Shown here piece after piece: positions 12,065 to 25,845 of a DNA stretch of 64,000 nt (the first letter of the stretch is position 1; each line of letters begins with the position of its first letter). A program made the translations under genes and the position numbers. The DNA lies in contig OX597822.1 of assembly GCA_951406725.2 (NCBI GenBank), forward strand, positions 92,876,001-92,940,000, written 5' to 3'. This DNA comes from Octopus vulgaris (Eukaryota). The notes beneath the pieces were generated by a model. The model ran no database searches, had not been told where the DNA came from, and saw nothing but the letters and a program-made list of their open reading frames with translations.

Positions 12065-13168
12065 TTGTCTGGAAGAAGGATCTAATTGACTTCAGTTCTG
12101 GTGGGTCTGTTGATGTGGCTGTGGTCTGCTGTTTGTTGCTGTAAACGAAGACCAGAGAAGGCTGGATGAAGAAAGCTGTGAAACAGGCTGGATTTCTGGG
12201 TTATCAATGCTGCTCCCAAGAGACGTGGTTTTTATAACCCTGGGTAGGCTCTGGAGACAAAGTGGTCTTCCCCCATGTTGAAAACAAACTGCTGCAAAAA
12301 TGCAATTGGACAGTTAGTAACTGACCAACACATACAGCTAGTTTGGCAAGCCACTAGATCATGTGACTCAAGGGAAAGAAAAGGTCTTCTAAACCCATAC
12401 GGCGATATTTAAGCTTAAACAACCAAACATATAAAAGCATTACACACTTTTGCCACAAAACTAATAAATGCACAGAATGTCTTACAACTCTGTGACATAA
12501 ATATGTTGTTGTGTGAAGTAACTCTAATGGGAAATATGGTGCTGACCCAACTGACTGGGACTTCATTTCACCCCTGCCATCAGTGGGAGCAGTGTTTCGT
12601 TAATAAGTGTTGTGTGACCCTGCTCAGCTCTGTTTCTGAGCCCTCTTAACTAACAATGCCGTATAGGATGGTACTTTATGTCCATCACTTCATTTATTCT
12701 TCTACTGCTTTTATCCTCAGTCATTGGATGGCAACCATGTTGGGGACCAGTGGCGTAGCTAGAATGTGTGCCACCCTGGGTTGACTGCCCCTTTTGCTTC
12801 CCTTTGTTTCCCTTAGTTATACTGCTAGCTGAAATACCACCTTGGCGGGTTGAATTAATCAGATCGTCCCCAATGCTTACGTTAAATCTGCTCCTTAGTC
12901 TACCAGTCTCTTTTGACCAGCTGTGAAGTTACGAGGCTACACACAAACACCATGTGTCAAGCAGTGAAAGACATACACACAGATGCATGTATGTATGTTT
13001 ACTTGCACGTGCACACACATGCAACAGGCTGCAGCAAAGTTTCCTTCTGCCAAATTCACTCACGATGCATTGTTGGCCTGGGAGGCTAGCAGAAGAGACT
13101 TGCTGAAGGATTGAACCTGCTACAATGTGGTTGGAAAGAGAAATTCTTTACGCATTCATGTCTGCACC

Positions 13169-13234
<66 letters not shown>

Positions 13235-14132
13235 ATGTGTGTTTGTATGTGTAGGTGTGTATATGCTCACACATCTTTCAACCTTAACACAAAAGAAATT
13301 AATGTGCGCACAAGAAATTAATCTACACAAAAGATTTATTTCCAAAAATAGTGGGGCATATGTGTGTGTGTGTGTGTGTGTATGTGTGTATATATTTATA
13401 TATGTATATGCATTCATTAGACATGTCTTTTGTTACAGGAAAAAATAGAGGGAAAATTGGTCCTCAGCACTTTAGTACTCAACTGTTTCTGGTGTATAAC
13501 TTACGGAAATAATAAAATGTGTGTGTGTGTGTTTGAGTATGAATGTGTATATGATAAATGCAATACACTCCAGTTTCTGTATATGCACATATAAATAAGA
13601 ATGTGTGTGTATGGTATATATGTCTCATATATATATATATATATATATATATGAATGTCTGTGTCTAGAGGAGAAGTGTCACCACATACTTTTCTGACTT
13701 TAGACTGTTGACTATTGAGAGAGGGAGAGAGAGAGAGGGATGCTATGTAACTGAAAGGAGGAGTGAAAAAAAGGAAAAAGCGGAACCATTAAAAATGTGG
13801 CAATGAAGTGATTCATATGGCGAGGAAGATGGTGATGGGGATGTTGGTGCTGACGATGGTGTATATTGTGTATGTGTGTGTGAGTGGGTGGCTGGCTGTT
13901 TGAAACTCTTAAGACTTAGTTTCCTCTTGTAATGTAAATATATACTCTCTCTCTCTCTCTTTTTCTCTACTTCTATTTCTTTCTCCAGCCACGTACACAC
14001 ACAAGTCTGTCTGTCCGTCACTCACTCACTCACGCACACACATCTTCATGCATGTTGGGCATTGATGGCTCGGTGTGTGTGTCTATAATAAAAGATACAC
14101 TATTCTTCTAGGTTTACAATCCCAAATTTCCA

Positions 14133-14173
<41 letters not shown>

Positions 14174-15817
14174 GTCTCTCTCAAAAGGTTTACAGACTCG
14201 CAGACTGGCGGCAAAAACCGAAACCTGAGACATGGAAAACTTTTGTGTTCTTTTCATACACCACACCTTCTATCTTCACCCCCGCCCCGTTCCTCCCACC
14301 ACACTCATCCACACTGGTTGTTGGAACCATGTACAATGGTTTTAAAAGAGGTAAAACTAAATTACTATTATTCTTATATTCTTTGTGTTGGGAAAACATT
14401 TGTTGCTGTTAATTACTGTTGCTGTTGTTGTTCTGAATTGTGTCGGTGTCCTGCATCTACTCTGTCTGCCACCTTCCCAGAGTTCATGTAACATCAGTTG
14501 TATAAGTTAATTGAATTCAATCACCAAGCATTGTTGTTATTATTATTATTCAGTAGTTTTATTTTTATAGCGTGCTTTCACTTCACTACCGAGCGCAGCT
14601 CTGTGTGCCTTGGGTATGTGCTGTGATTTGTTATGATGCTCTGATGGTTATTGTATGGAAAGTGTTCTGCGTAGGATGTGTGCAGTGTGTGTGCAGTGCC
14701 TTATTATTATTATTATAATTATTATTATTATTATTATTATTGTTGTTGCTATTATTCAGGCAGTGAAAGGTGGTGAGCTGGCAGAATCGTTAGCACACTG
14801 GACGAAATGCTTAGTGGTATTTCACCTGTGTTTATGTTCTGAGTTCAAATTCCGCCAAGGACAACTTTGCCATTCATCCTTTCGGGGTCGATAAATTAAG
14901 TATCAGTTACACACTGGGGTTGATATAATCGACTATTCCCTCCCACCACCAAATTTGAGGCCTTGTGCCTATAGTAGAAAGGATTAATGTTGTTATAATA
15001 AGGGCATTAATTTGGCTGAACGAGTAGAGCTTTGGACAAGCTTCCACGTTATGTTATGGCTGTTTATGTTCTGAGTTCAAATCCTGCCTGAGTCAACTTT
15101 GTTTTTCATTATTCCTCATCGTCTAGATAGTTCTGTCTCAAGTCCTCAAACTCAGGGCCAGTTACTTGGTTTCCATAGAGTATAGGAGACTGAGAAGACC
15201 ACAACATTTCCTCCCTGGAGTGAGGTGCCAGTCCATTGCAGTTTACAGCTGAGTGGACTGGAGTAATGTGAAAGGAAGCACTTTGCTCAAGAACACAGCA
15301 TGCTGACCAGCCCCCAGGATTGAAACCACAATTTTGTGCTCATGAGTGCAATGCCCCTAACCACTTGTCCACCTGCCTTTGCCATTCATAATTCTGGAAT
15401 GAATAAAGCAAAATGTCAGTCGAGTACTGGGATGTGATGTACTCAACACACACACACAAACTCTCTCTCTGTCCAAATTTACGGCCCCATGACACTGGCA
15501 TAGTAAAATGGTAGATTCAGCAGGTTGAGACCAGATTCTGTGTTTTCATTTTGACACTGTGTACCTAGGACTATGTTATCCAATGTCTCCTTTGTTAAAA
15601 GCCTGTAATATATGATTCCAAGGAAATCTGGCTACTATTTCTAGCACATATTCAGTATTATAAATGCAAGCATGGCTGTGTGGTTAAGAATCTTGCTTTG
15701 CAACCACATGGCATTGGGTTCAGCTCCACTGCATGGCACCTTGGGCAAGTGCCTTCTACTACAGCCCCGAGCCAACCAGTCCCTTTTGAATGAATTTGAT
15801 TGACAGAAATTGTATGG

Positions 15818-15892
<75 letters not shown>

Positions 15893-15919
15893 TGTGTATG
15901 TGTGTATGTATGTATGTGT

Positions 15920-15985
<66 letters not shown>

Positions 15986-16462
15986 GGTGTAATGCATTCT
16001 TGACCATGAGGTGATGGTTTCGATTCCCCTGACCAGCTGTTTGTTGTGTTCTTGAGTAAAGCAATCCATTTCACCGTATTCTGACCTCTCAGCTGTAAAT
16101 GGCCAAGCCTTCTGACCAGGTGGGGTGGGGGATGAATGTCAGCCTGCTTACCTAGCCGGCAGGGTGGGCACCATTCAAAAGCTAAATCGATGCAAAAGTG
16201 CATTGTGAGCAGCAATGTGTAATAACATCAGTTAGTCTGGTTGAGCACATGATATATATGTATCATCATCATAAACATCATCATTTAATGTCCGTTGTCC
16301 ATGCTGGCATGGGTTGGACGGTTTGACTGGGTGTTGGCAAGCTGGAAGGCTGCACCAGGCTCCATTCTTGATCTGGCAGAGTTTCTACAGCTGTATGCCC
16401 TTCCTAATGCCAACCACTCAGAGAGTGTAATGGGTGCTTTTAAGTGCCACTGGCCCGGATGC

Positions 16463-16495
<33 letters not shown>

Positions 16496-18928
16496 TATAT
16501 ACATACAAGCACAATAGCTAGTTATAAAATTTAAAGAATAGATAGAATAGTAATGTATACTAAACAGTAAAGTGCGTCACCACATCAAAGTGCCTGTTGA
16601 ATGTTACCCCAGGCAGATTAACCCCAGGCAGATTCTCCGCCAGCTGGTTACCCATGCAACACTCTGCACCCTACATATATAATATATCGCTAGCAGGGGG
16701 AGCAAACTGCTACTACCCTCCAGCAGCTAACAGGATCGCAAGAAACTCAGTTTCGAGCTACTTGGCTCATCCTCAGCTGCAAGCACCTGCACACTGGAGC
16801 AATAACTAAGATCTACTTCTGCCAAAGATATATTATAAACAAAGTGACATATCGGCACAGGAGTGGCCATGTGGTAAGTAGCTTGCTTACCAACCACAGG
16901 GTTCCGGGTTCAGTCTCACTGTGTGGCACTTTGGGTAAGTGTCTTCTACTACAGCCTTGAGAATGGATTTGGTAGACAGAAACTGAAAGAAGCCCGACGT
17001 GTGTGTATGTATGTGTGTGTGTGTGCATGTGTGTGTGTGTTTGTGTGTTTGTTCCTCCAACATAGCCTGGCAACTGCTATTGTTGTGTTCATGTCCCCAT
17101 AACTTAGCAGTTCAGCAAAAGAGACCAATAGAATAAGTACTAAGCTTACAAAGATTAAGTCCTGGAGTTGACTTGCTCGATGAAAGGCAGTGCTCCAGCA
17201 TGGCTGCAGTCAAATGACTGAAACAAATAGAAAAAAAATAAAAAAAGAATATATGTATGTATGCATGTATGTATGTATGTAGATACACCTGTATGTGTGT
17301 TTCCTCACTCCACTTTGTTGTTGGCCTCTGTTGGTTTGTTTGCATCTCTGTAACTTAGCAGTTTGGAAAAAGGGAGCAACTAATAGAATAAGGACCTAAA
17401 TAATAAGGTCCTTATAAGGATAGGCCTTAAATCAAAGCCATTATTACTGGGATTGATTTATTTTCAACTAAACCCTTCTAGGCAGTGCCCCAGCATGGTC
17501 GTAAGAGATAAAAGAGGTGTTTCCACCAATAGATGTCTCTCCTGTCATCGATCCTTTTTGTCATCTCTTATCACACACTGGAATGTAGTATTTTAAGACC
17601 AGCATACATGTGTATCGTGAGTTCAAGCCCAGCTAGGGCCTACTTTACCATTTATCGTTCTGTAATGTGTATGTGGTTGTGTGTGTGTGTGTACATCTGT
17701 GTGTCTGATCATGTACCTCTGTTTGTGTCTGTGTATGTGTGTGCATCTTGTCATATGTCTGTGGTTGTGTGCATCTCTGTGCATGTGTCTGAGGTTGTAT
17801 ATCTGTGTGCGTGCATGTGTGTGTGTGTGTGTGTTTGAATGCATCTGTATATCTGCATCTGTTTGTGTGCATCAGTATGTCTTTGCATCTGTGTTAGTGT
17901 GTGTGTTGTGATAAAATAAATACCAGTAACATTTAAGGGTGAGGGTGACTTAATAGATTGAATGTCCCTTGATGTAAGAAATCATCAATAGTCTATGAAC
18001 TTCTAGTAGTGGGGTGAGAATCCCTACAAGGCCTGCTGCAACAGGGGCCATGCTTTCCCTTGGCATTTCTTCCTGTTCCAACCAATGTACCAACACCCAG
18101 ATCAGATTTCTTAGGAAATACTTTAAAAAAACCCTTCTTTCATCTCTACATGCATAACACTCTCTCAAGGGGCCAGCTCCTTTCTCTCATTCTCCCAAAC
18201 ATATCTAAAGATATTTGATATTTGTGATAATACACACCTATGCATGTTACTCAGGGCTAATAAAGGGACTCTATACATAGTCAGTTAACCTGGTAGAACT
18301 AGCAGCCAAATCTCCCTGAAATTGCAATTTTATGTCTTAGGGAAAAGCTTGTTGGATAATATGGTCCTGGGTTTCCTGGACTTAAGGAAATGTTGGAATG
18401 GTCATGGCTGAAATACTTTTGATCATAGGTCTGTTTTATCAGGCTTGACCTTGGGCTAAACATTAACCTAGTTACACACACACACACACACATGCATATA
18501 TGAGTATATTCAGACGAACACATCACATACGTACACACACACACGTAAGTACACTCATATACACACATGCATAATACTACCACTCTTCATACACAACCAT
18601 ACATACATTCATATACATAGCCACCCATGCATGCACATCCACACATCTACATACGTACATACACATGTACATGCATGCACACACAGATACACACATATTT
18701 AAAGACCCTCTTCAACCATGAGATTGCACCAGGACAGTTCCTTCCGAGGCACAAGTCCGGGCAGGGTTGTTTATCGAAGACCAGCAGTCACCCATGCATA
18801 CCAGCCTCCCCTCTCCACACCACTGATGTTATCCAAGGGAAAGGCAAATGGACCGTTACACTTTGGCACCAGTGACATTGCAACTCATTTCCACGGTCGA
18901 CTGAGCTGGAGCAATGTGAAATAAAGTA

Positions 18929-19186
18929 CAGTTCTATATTTGAGAGATGAGGAATTGTTTACATTATTTACATTTGATGGATATTTGTCCTCATCTTGTT
19001 TGTTGTTAACACAATGTTTCGGCTGATATACCCTCCAGCCTTCATCAGGATAGGAAAATATTAGATTTGTGAGCCCTAAAATTCACTCCATAATTGCCCA
19101 TGGACATATGGCATAGTGGTTAAGAGTGCGGGCTACTAACCCCAAGATTCCGAGTTCGATTCCAGGCAGTGACCTGAATATTGATG

Positions 19187-19217
<31 letters not shown>

Positions 19218-19305
19218 CAACAATAACAACGAAAAATACCTTAGAAATGAGAACCCAGGTTTGAAATTTCCCCAAGACACCTGATTAAGGCTAAAGGGTA
19301 TATCA
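18929..19305. mobile_element. Penelope-like insertion: inverted truncated pLTR (18929-19049 minus) joined to ORF end plus pLTR (19050-19305 plus)
   Basis: Same family as 1171 and 11548. The plus arm starts with ATAGGAAAATATTAGATTTGTGA (ORF end); B-box GAGTTCGATTCC at 19152-19163. Confidence 0.78.
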
Positions 19306-19919
19306 AGAAGTGATACCTGTGCAAGGGGTTTAAGTCGAGTCCAGCTTGCACAACACCACAATAACTCATTAGCAAGACAAAGAGGGCCAGAGACAAGCAA
19401 AGTGCAAGATATCTGGCTCTGTAGAGCATCGGGTTTTATATACAAGTTAGCCTCCTCCAAGGGAGATACCTTGCCAAAGTGAGGTTACTGTGTCTACAGA
19501 CCACAGACATCAATGCAAGTATTTCTTGTCCCAGCACACACACACATGTATTCATATGCATACATACACACAATTTGTCTTCATACACACAGGCACACAC
19601 ATATACACACATGCATACAGACGCATATACATGCATACAGACACACATACACACATTCATACATACACACATACACATGCAAACACACACAGACAGGCAT
19701 ACACACACACGCATTCTCACAAACAGATACACACACACATACACATTCATACGCACATATATACATACATGCACACACACGTTTATACACATATAAAGAT
19801 TAGTTAGTGGTGTGGAATAGAAAATTCTAATCATTTACAAAGGCATTGATGTTCAGAATTGCAATGGTGGTGGTGGTGGTAGTTGTACTGGATGCAGCAG
19901 CAGCAGCAACAGCAGCAGC

Positions 19920-19952
<33 letters not shown>

Positions 19953-20298
19953 GGTGGTAATAGTTATATTAGTTATTACAGGAGTAGCATTAATGCTGTG
20001 TTGATGATGATGATGATGATGATGACGATGCTGAGGGTGGATCTTAAATATTGTTCCACAGCCAAGTATTTATGCAGAACAGAAACAATGACAGACGTGT
20101 TTGGAATATATTGCCGGCTGATGTCACTTCTGTTTAGACACCGTCATCACCTACCACGTAACTGTCATCACCATTGCTGCCGTTGTCACCACCACCACCA
20201 CCAATATCTGTGACTATGGAAGTGTGGCAGTTCAAATATGAAAAGAGAAAGTTCTGGCAAAAAGTTAGTTTTGAAACTTCTTGTATCTGTGTAAATAT

Positions 20299-20700
20299 TA
20301 TATGTGTGTGTGTGTGTGCGTGTGTGTGTGTATATGTGTGTGTGTATGTATATATATATGTGTGTGTGTGTGTGTATATATATGTATGTGTATATATGTA
20401 TGTGTATGTATATATATGTATGTGTGTGTATATATGTATGTGTGTATATATATATATGTATGTGTGTGTGTGTGTATATATATATGTATGTGTGTGTGTG
20501 TATGTATGTATGTATGTATGTATGTATGTGTGTTGTGTATATATATGTGTATGTGTGTATATATATGTGTATGTATGTGTGTATATATATATATGTGTGT
20601 GTGTATATGTATGTGTGTGTATGTATATGTATATATGTATGTATATGTATGTGTGTGGGTGTGTTTTTGTGTGTATGTGTGTATCTCTTTGTGTGTAGGT
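20299..20700. repeat. Compound (TG)n/(TA)n microsatellite
   Basis: About 400 bp of alternating purine-pyrimidine; similar tracts at 13174-13260, 15820-15983, 19535-19793. Confidence 0.95.
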
Positions 20701-21107
20701 GTGAGCTAAAATGTTGGTGTTGATTTCCGATAATCTGGAGTTGTTGATGAAGTGTGTACCAGTTATACTCTGGGGTAAGGTGGGGAGTGTATTTAGGGTT
20801 CAGTTCTCTTCACTGCGCCCTGTTCCTTTCCTTAGAAACCTCATCTTGTGGTTTTGATGTCGAAAGAAATGCAACTGGGAGACAGCCTCTCCTTGTTACA
20901 ACTTGTGTACTTCTCACTGACTGTCTATACATTATTGATGCTGTTGTTGTTGTTTGTCATCATAAACACATACTCTTAGGCACATGAATATACACACACT
21001 AACACAAAGTGAGGTCATAAGTCTTGAAGGGTGTGGGGTTTAGTTTTGTTTTTCATTTTTTAGTTGTACATTTTTTTAAAGTTGTACATTATTCAGACAT
21101 AAGTGGA

Positions 21108-21140
<33 letters not shown>

Positions 21141-22437
21141 TGCAGACCCATGTGTGTATTAAATTGCATGTGTCAGTGTGTGTATGTGTATGTGCACATA
21201 CTCGTGTTTGTATGCGTGTTCATCCAAATATTACAAGTCCGTGTCCATCAGTTGTGTGTGGGTGTGTGTAGACTTGTGTGCATTTGTATACGTGTGTGTC
21301 AGTGTATGTTTGAGTATTTGTATTATTTTTCTCTTTCTATTTTTAATTGTTTCAGTCATTAGACTGTGGCCATGCTGTAGCACTGCCTTGAAGAATTTTT
21401 GGCTGAATAAATCAACTCCGATTCCATTCTTTAAAAATACACTTCTTCTATCAGTCCCTTCTGCTGAACTTCTTAAGTTACGGAGATGTAAACACACCAA
21501 CTGTGGTTGTCAGGTGGTGGTGGTGGTGATGGGGGAGGGGTGACAAACACAGACTGATGCACATGGATACACACACACACACACACACACACAATGGGCT
21601 TCCTCCAATTTCCCTCTCCAAATCCACTCAGAAGGCATTGGTCAGCTCACGGCTATAGTAGAAAACACCTGTTGAAGGTGCCATGCAGTGGGATTGAACC
21701 CAGAACCATCAGCATCATCATCATCATCATCATTGTTTAAGATCTGTTTTCCATGCTGGCATGGGTTGGACGGTTTGATTGGGGTCTGGGAAGCCAGGAG
21801 GCTGCACCAGGCTCCAGTCTTATCTGGCAGTGTTTCTACAGTTGGATGCCCTTCCTAATAATGCCAACCATTCTGAGAGCGCAGTGGGTGCTTTTTATGT
21901 GCCACCGACACAGGAGCCAGGTGGGGCAAGGGGGCTGGCATCGACCATGTTCGGATGGTGCTTTATATGTGGCACCGGCACAGGAGCCAGCCAAGATGGT
22001 GCTAGCAAGATGAGAGTAAATAAGCATCACTATCATACCACCAATAGTCTTCTTTCCAGTTTTCCAAGAAAAACCCTGTCTAGCCGTTGGAAAATATTAT
22101 CTTGCTTGGAAACAGATGGCGGTTGGTGGCAGGAAAGGCATCCAGCTGTCGAAAATATGTCTCAACAAATTCTGCCCAACCCACAGAACAATTTATTTTG
22201 TGTGTGTGTGTGTGTGCATGCTTGTCTTTGCATTGACATTGTTTGGCCACAGTCAGATGACTGAAACAAATAAATGAGTATATAAACTCATTAGTTTCAA
22301 TATATGAGCACTAGTAGAGTATAAAATACTATGACTGTCCTACATTTGTTTCATGTTTAAGTGTACCTGGGATTACATTATCCATTGTGTTCTTGTCCCC
22401 CACTCTTATTTTTAAGACAGCAAGTTGTGTAATTAAA

Positions 22438-22657
22438 CCCTTTAGCATTTAAACTGGTCACATCTGGTTTTAATGTTCCACCTGTTTTATGTCAAAATTG
22501 GCCAGATCTGGCCTGTCACACCTACTCCACAATGTCATTTCGAAAACAAGCAATCACATCATTGAAATCTCAAAGCTGTAAGATAATCCCTGATTAATTC
22601 AAAGCAATATGAATAAATAAGTATTACATGCGATAGAGTAAACTGAATGTGAAAGGG
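22438..22657. mobile_element. piggyBac-like MITE (family also at about 55799-55993 and 58666-59374)
   Basis: CCCTTTAGCATT...AATGTGAAAGGG ends; internal sequence is the reverse complement of the other copies. Confidence 0.65.
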
Positions 22658-23858
22658 ATAAAGCAGACTTGGCTGCTATGTCTAGCAGGCTTGTTGATTA
22701 CATAGAAGCTTCCCCATAGAGGCTCCATCTTTATGCATTTGTTGCAGCAATTTGGTGCATCATTTGCCAAAGAGGGATTAAATGCAACTACTGTTTTTTT
22801 TTGTTTTTAAATTAAAAATAGCTTCATAGGTGATAAAGCAAGTATTAAACTATCTTCATTCACACCTGTATCTTCAGGTGAAATCCCAAGTATTTTTCTT
22901 CTTCTTCTTTAGAAGTGAGTTATCTTGAAAGATTACTTTTGAGGAAAAGAGCTTATATTTTGGTAATAAACATCCTTCCCAGCATTGCTCTGGTGATTCT
23001 TTTTGCAGCCTCTATTACTGTCCCAAAGAAAATAAAGGAGAGAGAGAGAGAAAGAGAGAGGGGGGAGAGGGGTGTTATTTTAACAGCAGGCGTGACTATG
23101 TGATTAAGAGGTTTGCTTCCCAACCTGGATTCAGTCCCACTGCGTGGCACTTCGGGCAATTGTCTTTACCTATAACCCTGAACCAGCTGAAACCTTGAGT
23201 GGATTTGGTAGATGGAAACTGAAAGAAGCCTGTCACACATGTTTGTGTGTGTGTGGGTGTGTTTATGTCCCCTTGTGTTGGCATCGTGTGATAGTTGTAG
23301 TAAATATGTGTCACTGTTATAGATGCAGTGTCATTCATTTCCAATATTCTGCAAAAACATGTTAGGCCATGGAGGGGAAATATTACCTTGTTTGGAAACT
23401 GGTGAGGTTTGGCAACAGGACGGGCATCTAGCCATAGAAGATCTGCCTCAGTAGAAACACGAACTGATCCATGCAGTCATAGAAAATGGGCCACTGAATG
23501 ATTATTAAAGGCAACTGTAAGAAGGATCCTTTATAGTGGACATAACTAAGAGGGGACAGTTTTGTTGCCATATTTCTGCTAAAATACACTGACTTTATTA
23601 TGATTAATTTTTAAAATAATGAAAAATTTAGTAAAATACTTTTGGTGTTATTAAGCTACTATTTGGAACGTATTAATATGAAACCAAAAGCGTGATGATG
23701 GTTAATTCTGACAGGACCCTATGGAAGAGGTGCCTGAAGACTTTGCCCCCACAACCCTCCTAGGAATAATGGGTAGAAAAGAAGAATGAATGAATGGAAA
23801 TGTAATCCTGCCATGTCTGTCTTGTAGTATTCTAGTATTCCTGCCACACTTACATACA

Positions 23859-24089
23859 CAGGGTGGCCCAAAAGTAGGTTTATACAAGACCTATCTCTTT
23901 TGCATTCATTTATTAACAGTTTAGATCTCAATTATAAGAAAATATGAAACCATTATTCTATACTTATTTAATTAATTTTGGCAAGCTCCCTTTTAAGTTT
24001 GTAAGACAGAAATTTAAATGTAATAAAATGTTTTAAAAGAAATTTAGAGTGCCTACGTGATAACTGTAAACCTACTTTTGGGCCTTCTG
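23859..24089. mobile_element. Tc1/mariner-type MITE
   Basis: TIRs CAGGGTGGCCCAAAAGTAGGTTTA / TAAACCTACTTTTGGGCCTTCTG around an AT-rich core. Confidence 0.75.
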
Positions 24090-24429
24090 TGCCGGTGGTA
24101 CGTAAAAAGCATCATCCAAATGTGGCCAATGCTAGTACCCCATGACTGGCTCCTGTGCCTCTGGCACGTAAAAAGCACCATCCGAATATGGTTGATGCCA
24201 GTACTCTCTGACTCCCCCCCCATGCCAGTGGCATGTAAAAAGCACCCACTACACTCTCGGCGCAGTTGGCATTAGGAAGGGCTTCCAGCTGTAGAAACAT
24301 TGCCAGATCAGATGGAGCCTGGTTCAGCCTTCTGGCTCTCCAGACCTCAGTCAAACCGTCCAACCCATGCCAGCATGGAAAGTGGCTGTTAAACAATGAT
24401 GATGATGGATAATGTAAAAAATGTAAAAG

Positions 24430-24473
<44 letters not shown>

Positions 24474-24942
24474 AGGTGCTTCTTTCAGTTTCCATCTACC
24501 AAATCCACTCACAAGGCTTTGGTTGGCCAGAGGTTATAGTTGAAGGCACTTGCCATGCAGAGGGACTGAACTTCTTACCACACAGCCAGGGCTGATCAGA
24601 CTAACTTCGGACTAAGCAGCAGCAGCAGTAGCAGCAATTGTAACCTTATACAAAGCTTTCATCTCATTTCTCTCTCTCACTCTCTCTGCATCCCATTATA
24701 CATCAACTAACATACACACCCTCTCTCTCTCTTCCCCCTCTCTCTCACACACACAGACTCAGGCAGAAGGGAAAAAAAAATAGGAAAGGTGTAGTTTTTC
24801 CTTATGTTTCACCAGTTTTGTAATCATAACAGATAAAGCTGTGGAAACACTCTTGTATTTATCTGTTTGAGAGGATCAGAGAAGCAATGGGCTGAGGTTT
24901 CAATTTCATCATCCAGGGATATTATTAAGCTAAGAGAGGAGG

Positions 24943-25063
<121 letters not shown>

Positions 25064-25420
25064 GCCACACTTGTTCCTAGGTTCTTCAGCAGCCAAAGAG
25101 GGAGTTTCTATATGGTCGCTCAACCAGCTAGATAGATATAGCAGTCACACCACCCTTGCACCCCTCCGCCCCTTCTGCCCTATTAAAATCAAGATGGGCA
25201 ACTTTAGATAACGTAGTCCTTGATATTGTTACACCTGAGACTATAATTGCTTTTGATTTGGTGATAAATGGAATCACTCCGGTTGTCAGTCTGCTGGAAT
25301 GAAGACTGGCCCGGGGCTAAATGACCACACTAACTGTCCATGGGTGGTGTTAGGAAATGCTGCTCAAATGTCATCCAACAATATAACAAATTTTCTGTAC
25401 AGTTGTCACATATATATATA

Positions 25421-25583
25421 GGCGCAGGAGTGGCTGTGTGGTAAGTAGCTTGCTAACCAACCACATGGTTCCAGGTTCAGTCCCACTGCGTGGCATCTTG
25501 GGCAAGTGTCTTCTGCTATAGCCCCGGGCCGACCAATGCCTTGTGAGTGGATTTGGTAGACGGAAACTGAAAGAAGCCAGTCG

Positions 25584-25637
<54 letters not shown>

Positions 25638-25845
25638 TGTGTCTGTGTTTGTCCCCCTAGCATTGCTTGACAACCGATGCTGGTGTGTTTACGTCCCCAT
25701 CACTGAGCGGTTCGGCAAAAAGAGACCGATAGAATAAGTACTGGGCTTACAAAGAATAAGTCCCGGGGTCGATTTGCTCGACTAAAGGCGGTGCTCCAGC
25801 ATGGCCGCAGTCAAATGACTGAAACAAGTAAAAGAAAGAAAGAAA
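25421..25845 (+). mobile_element. tRNA-derived SINE family B, full length (many other copies, e.g. 16853, 41557, 54118, 61935)
   Basis: GGCGCAGGAGTGGCTGTGTGGTAAG head, GGTTCAGTCCC B-box-like motif, internal (TA)n(TG)n, tail GACTGAAACAAGTAAAAGA. Confidence 0.85.

Noticed and set aside
14190-14480. Possible internal promoter or exon in a unique-looking stretch with a few CpGs
   Set aside because: No recognisable core promoter or consistent splice pair, so it cannot be supported from sequence alone.
19436-20723. Many overlapping Cys/Val/Tyr or His/Thr ORFs
   Set aside because: They are (TG)n/(TA)n microsatellites, which lack stops; the same applies to most ORF-track entries.
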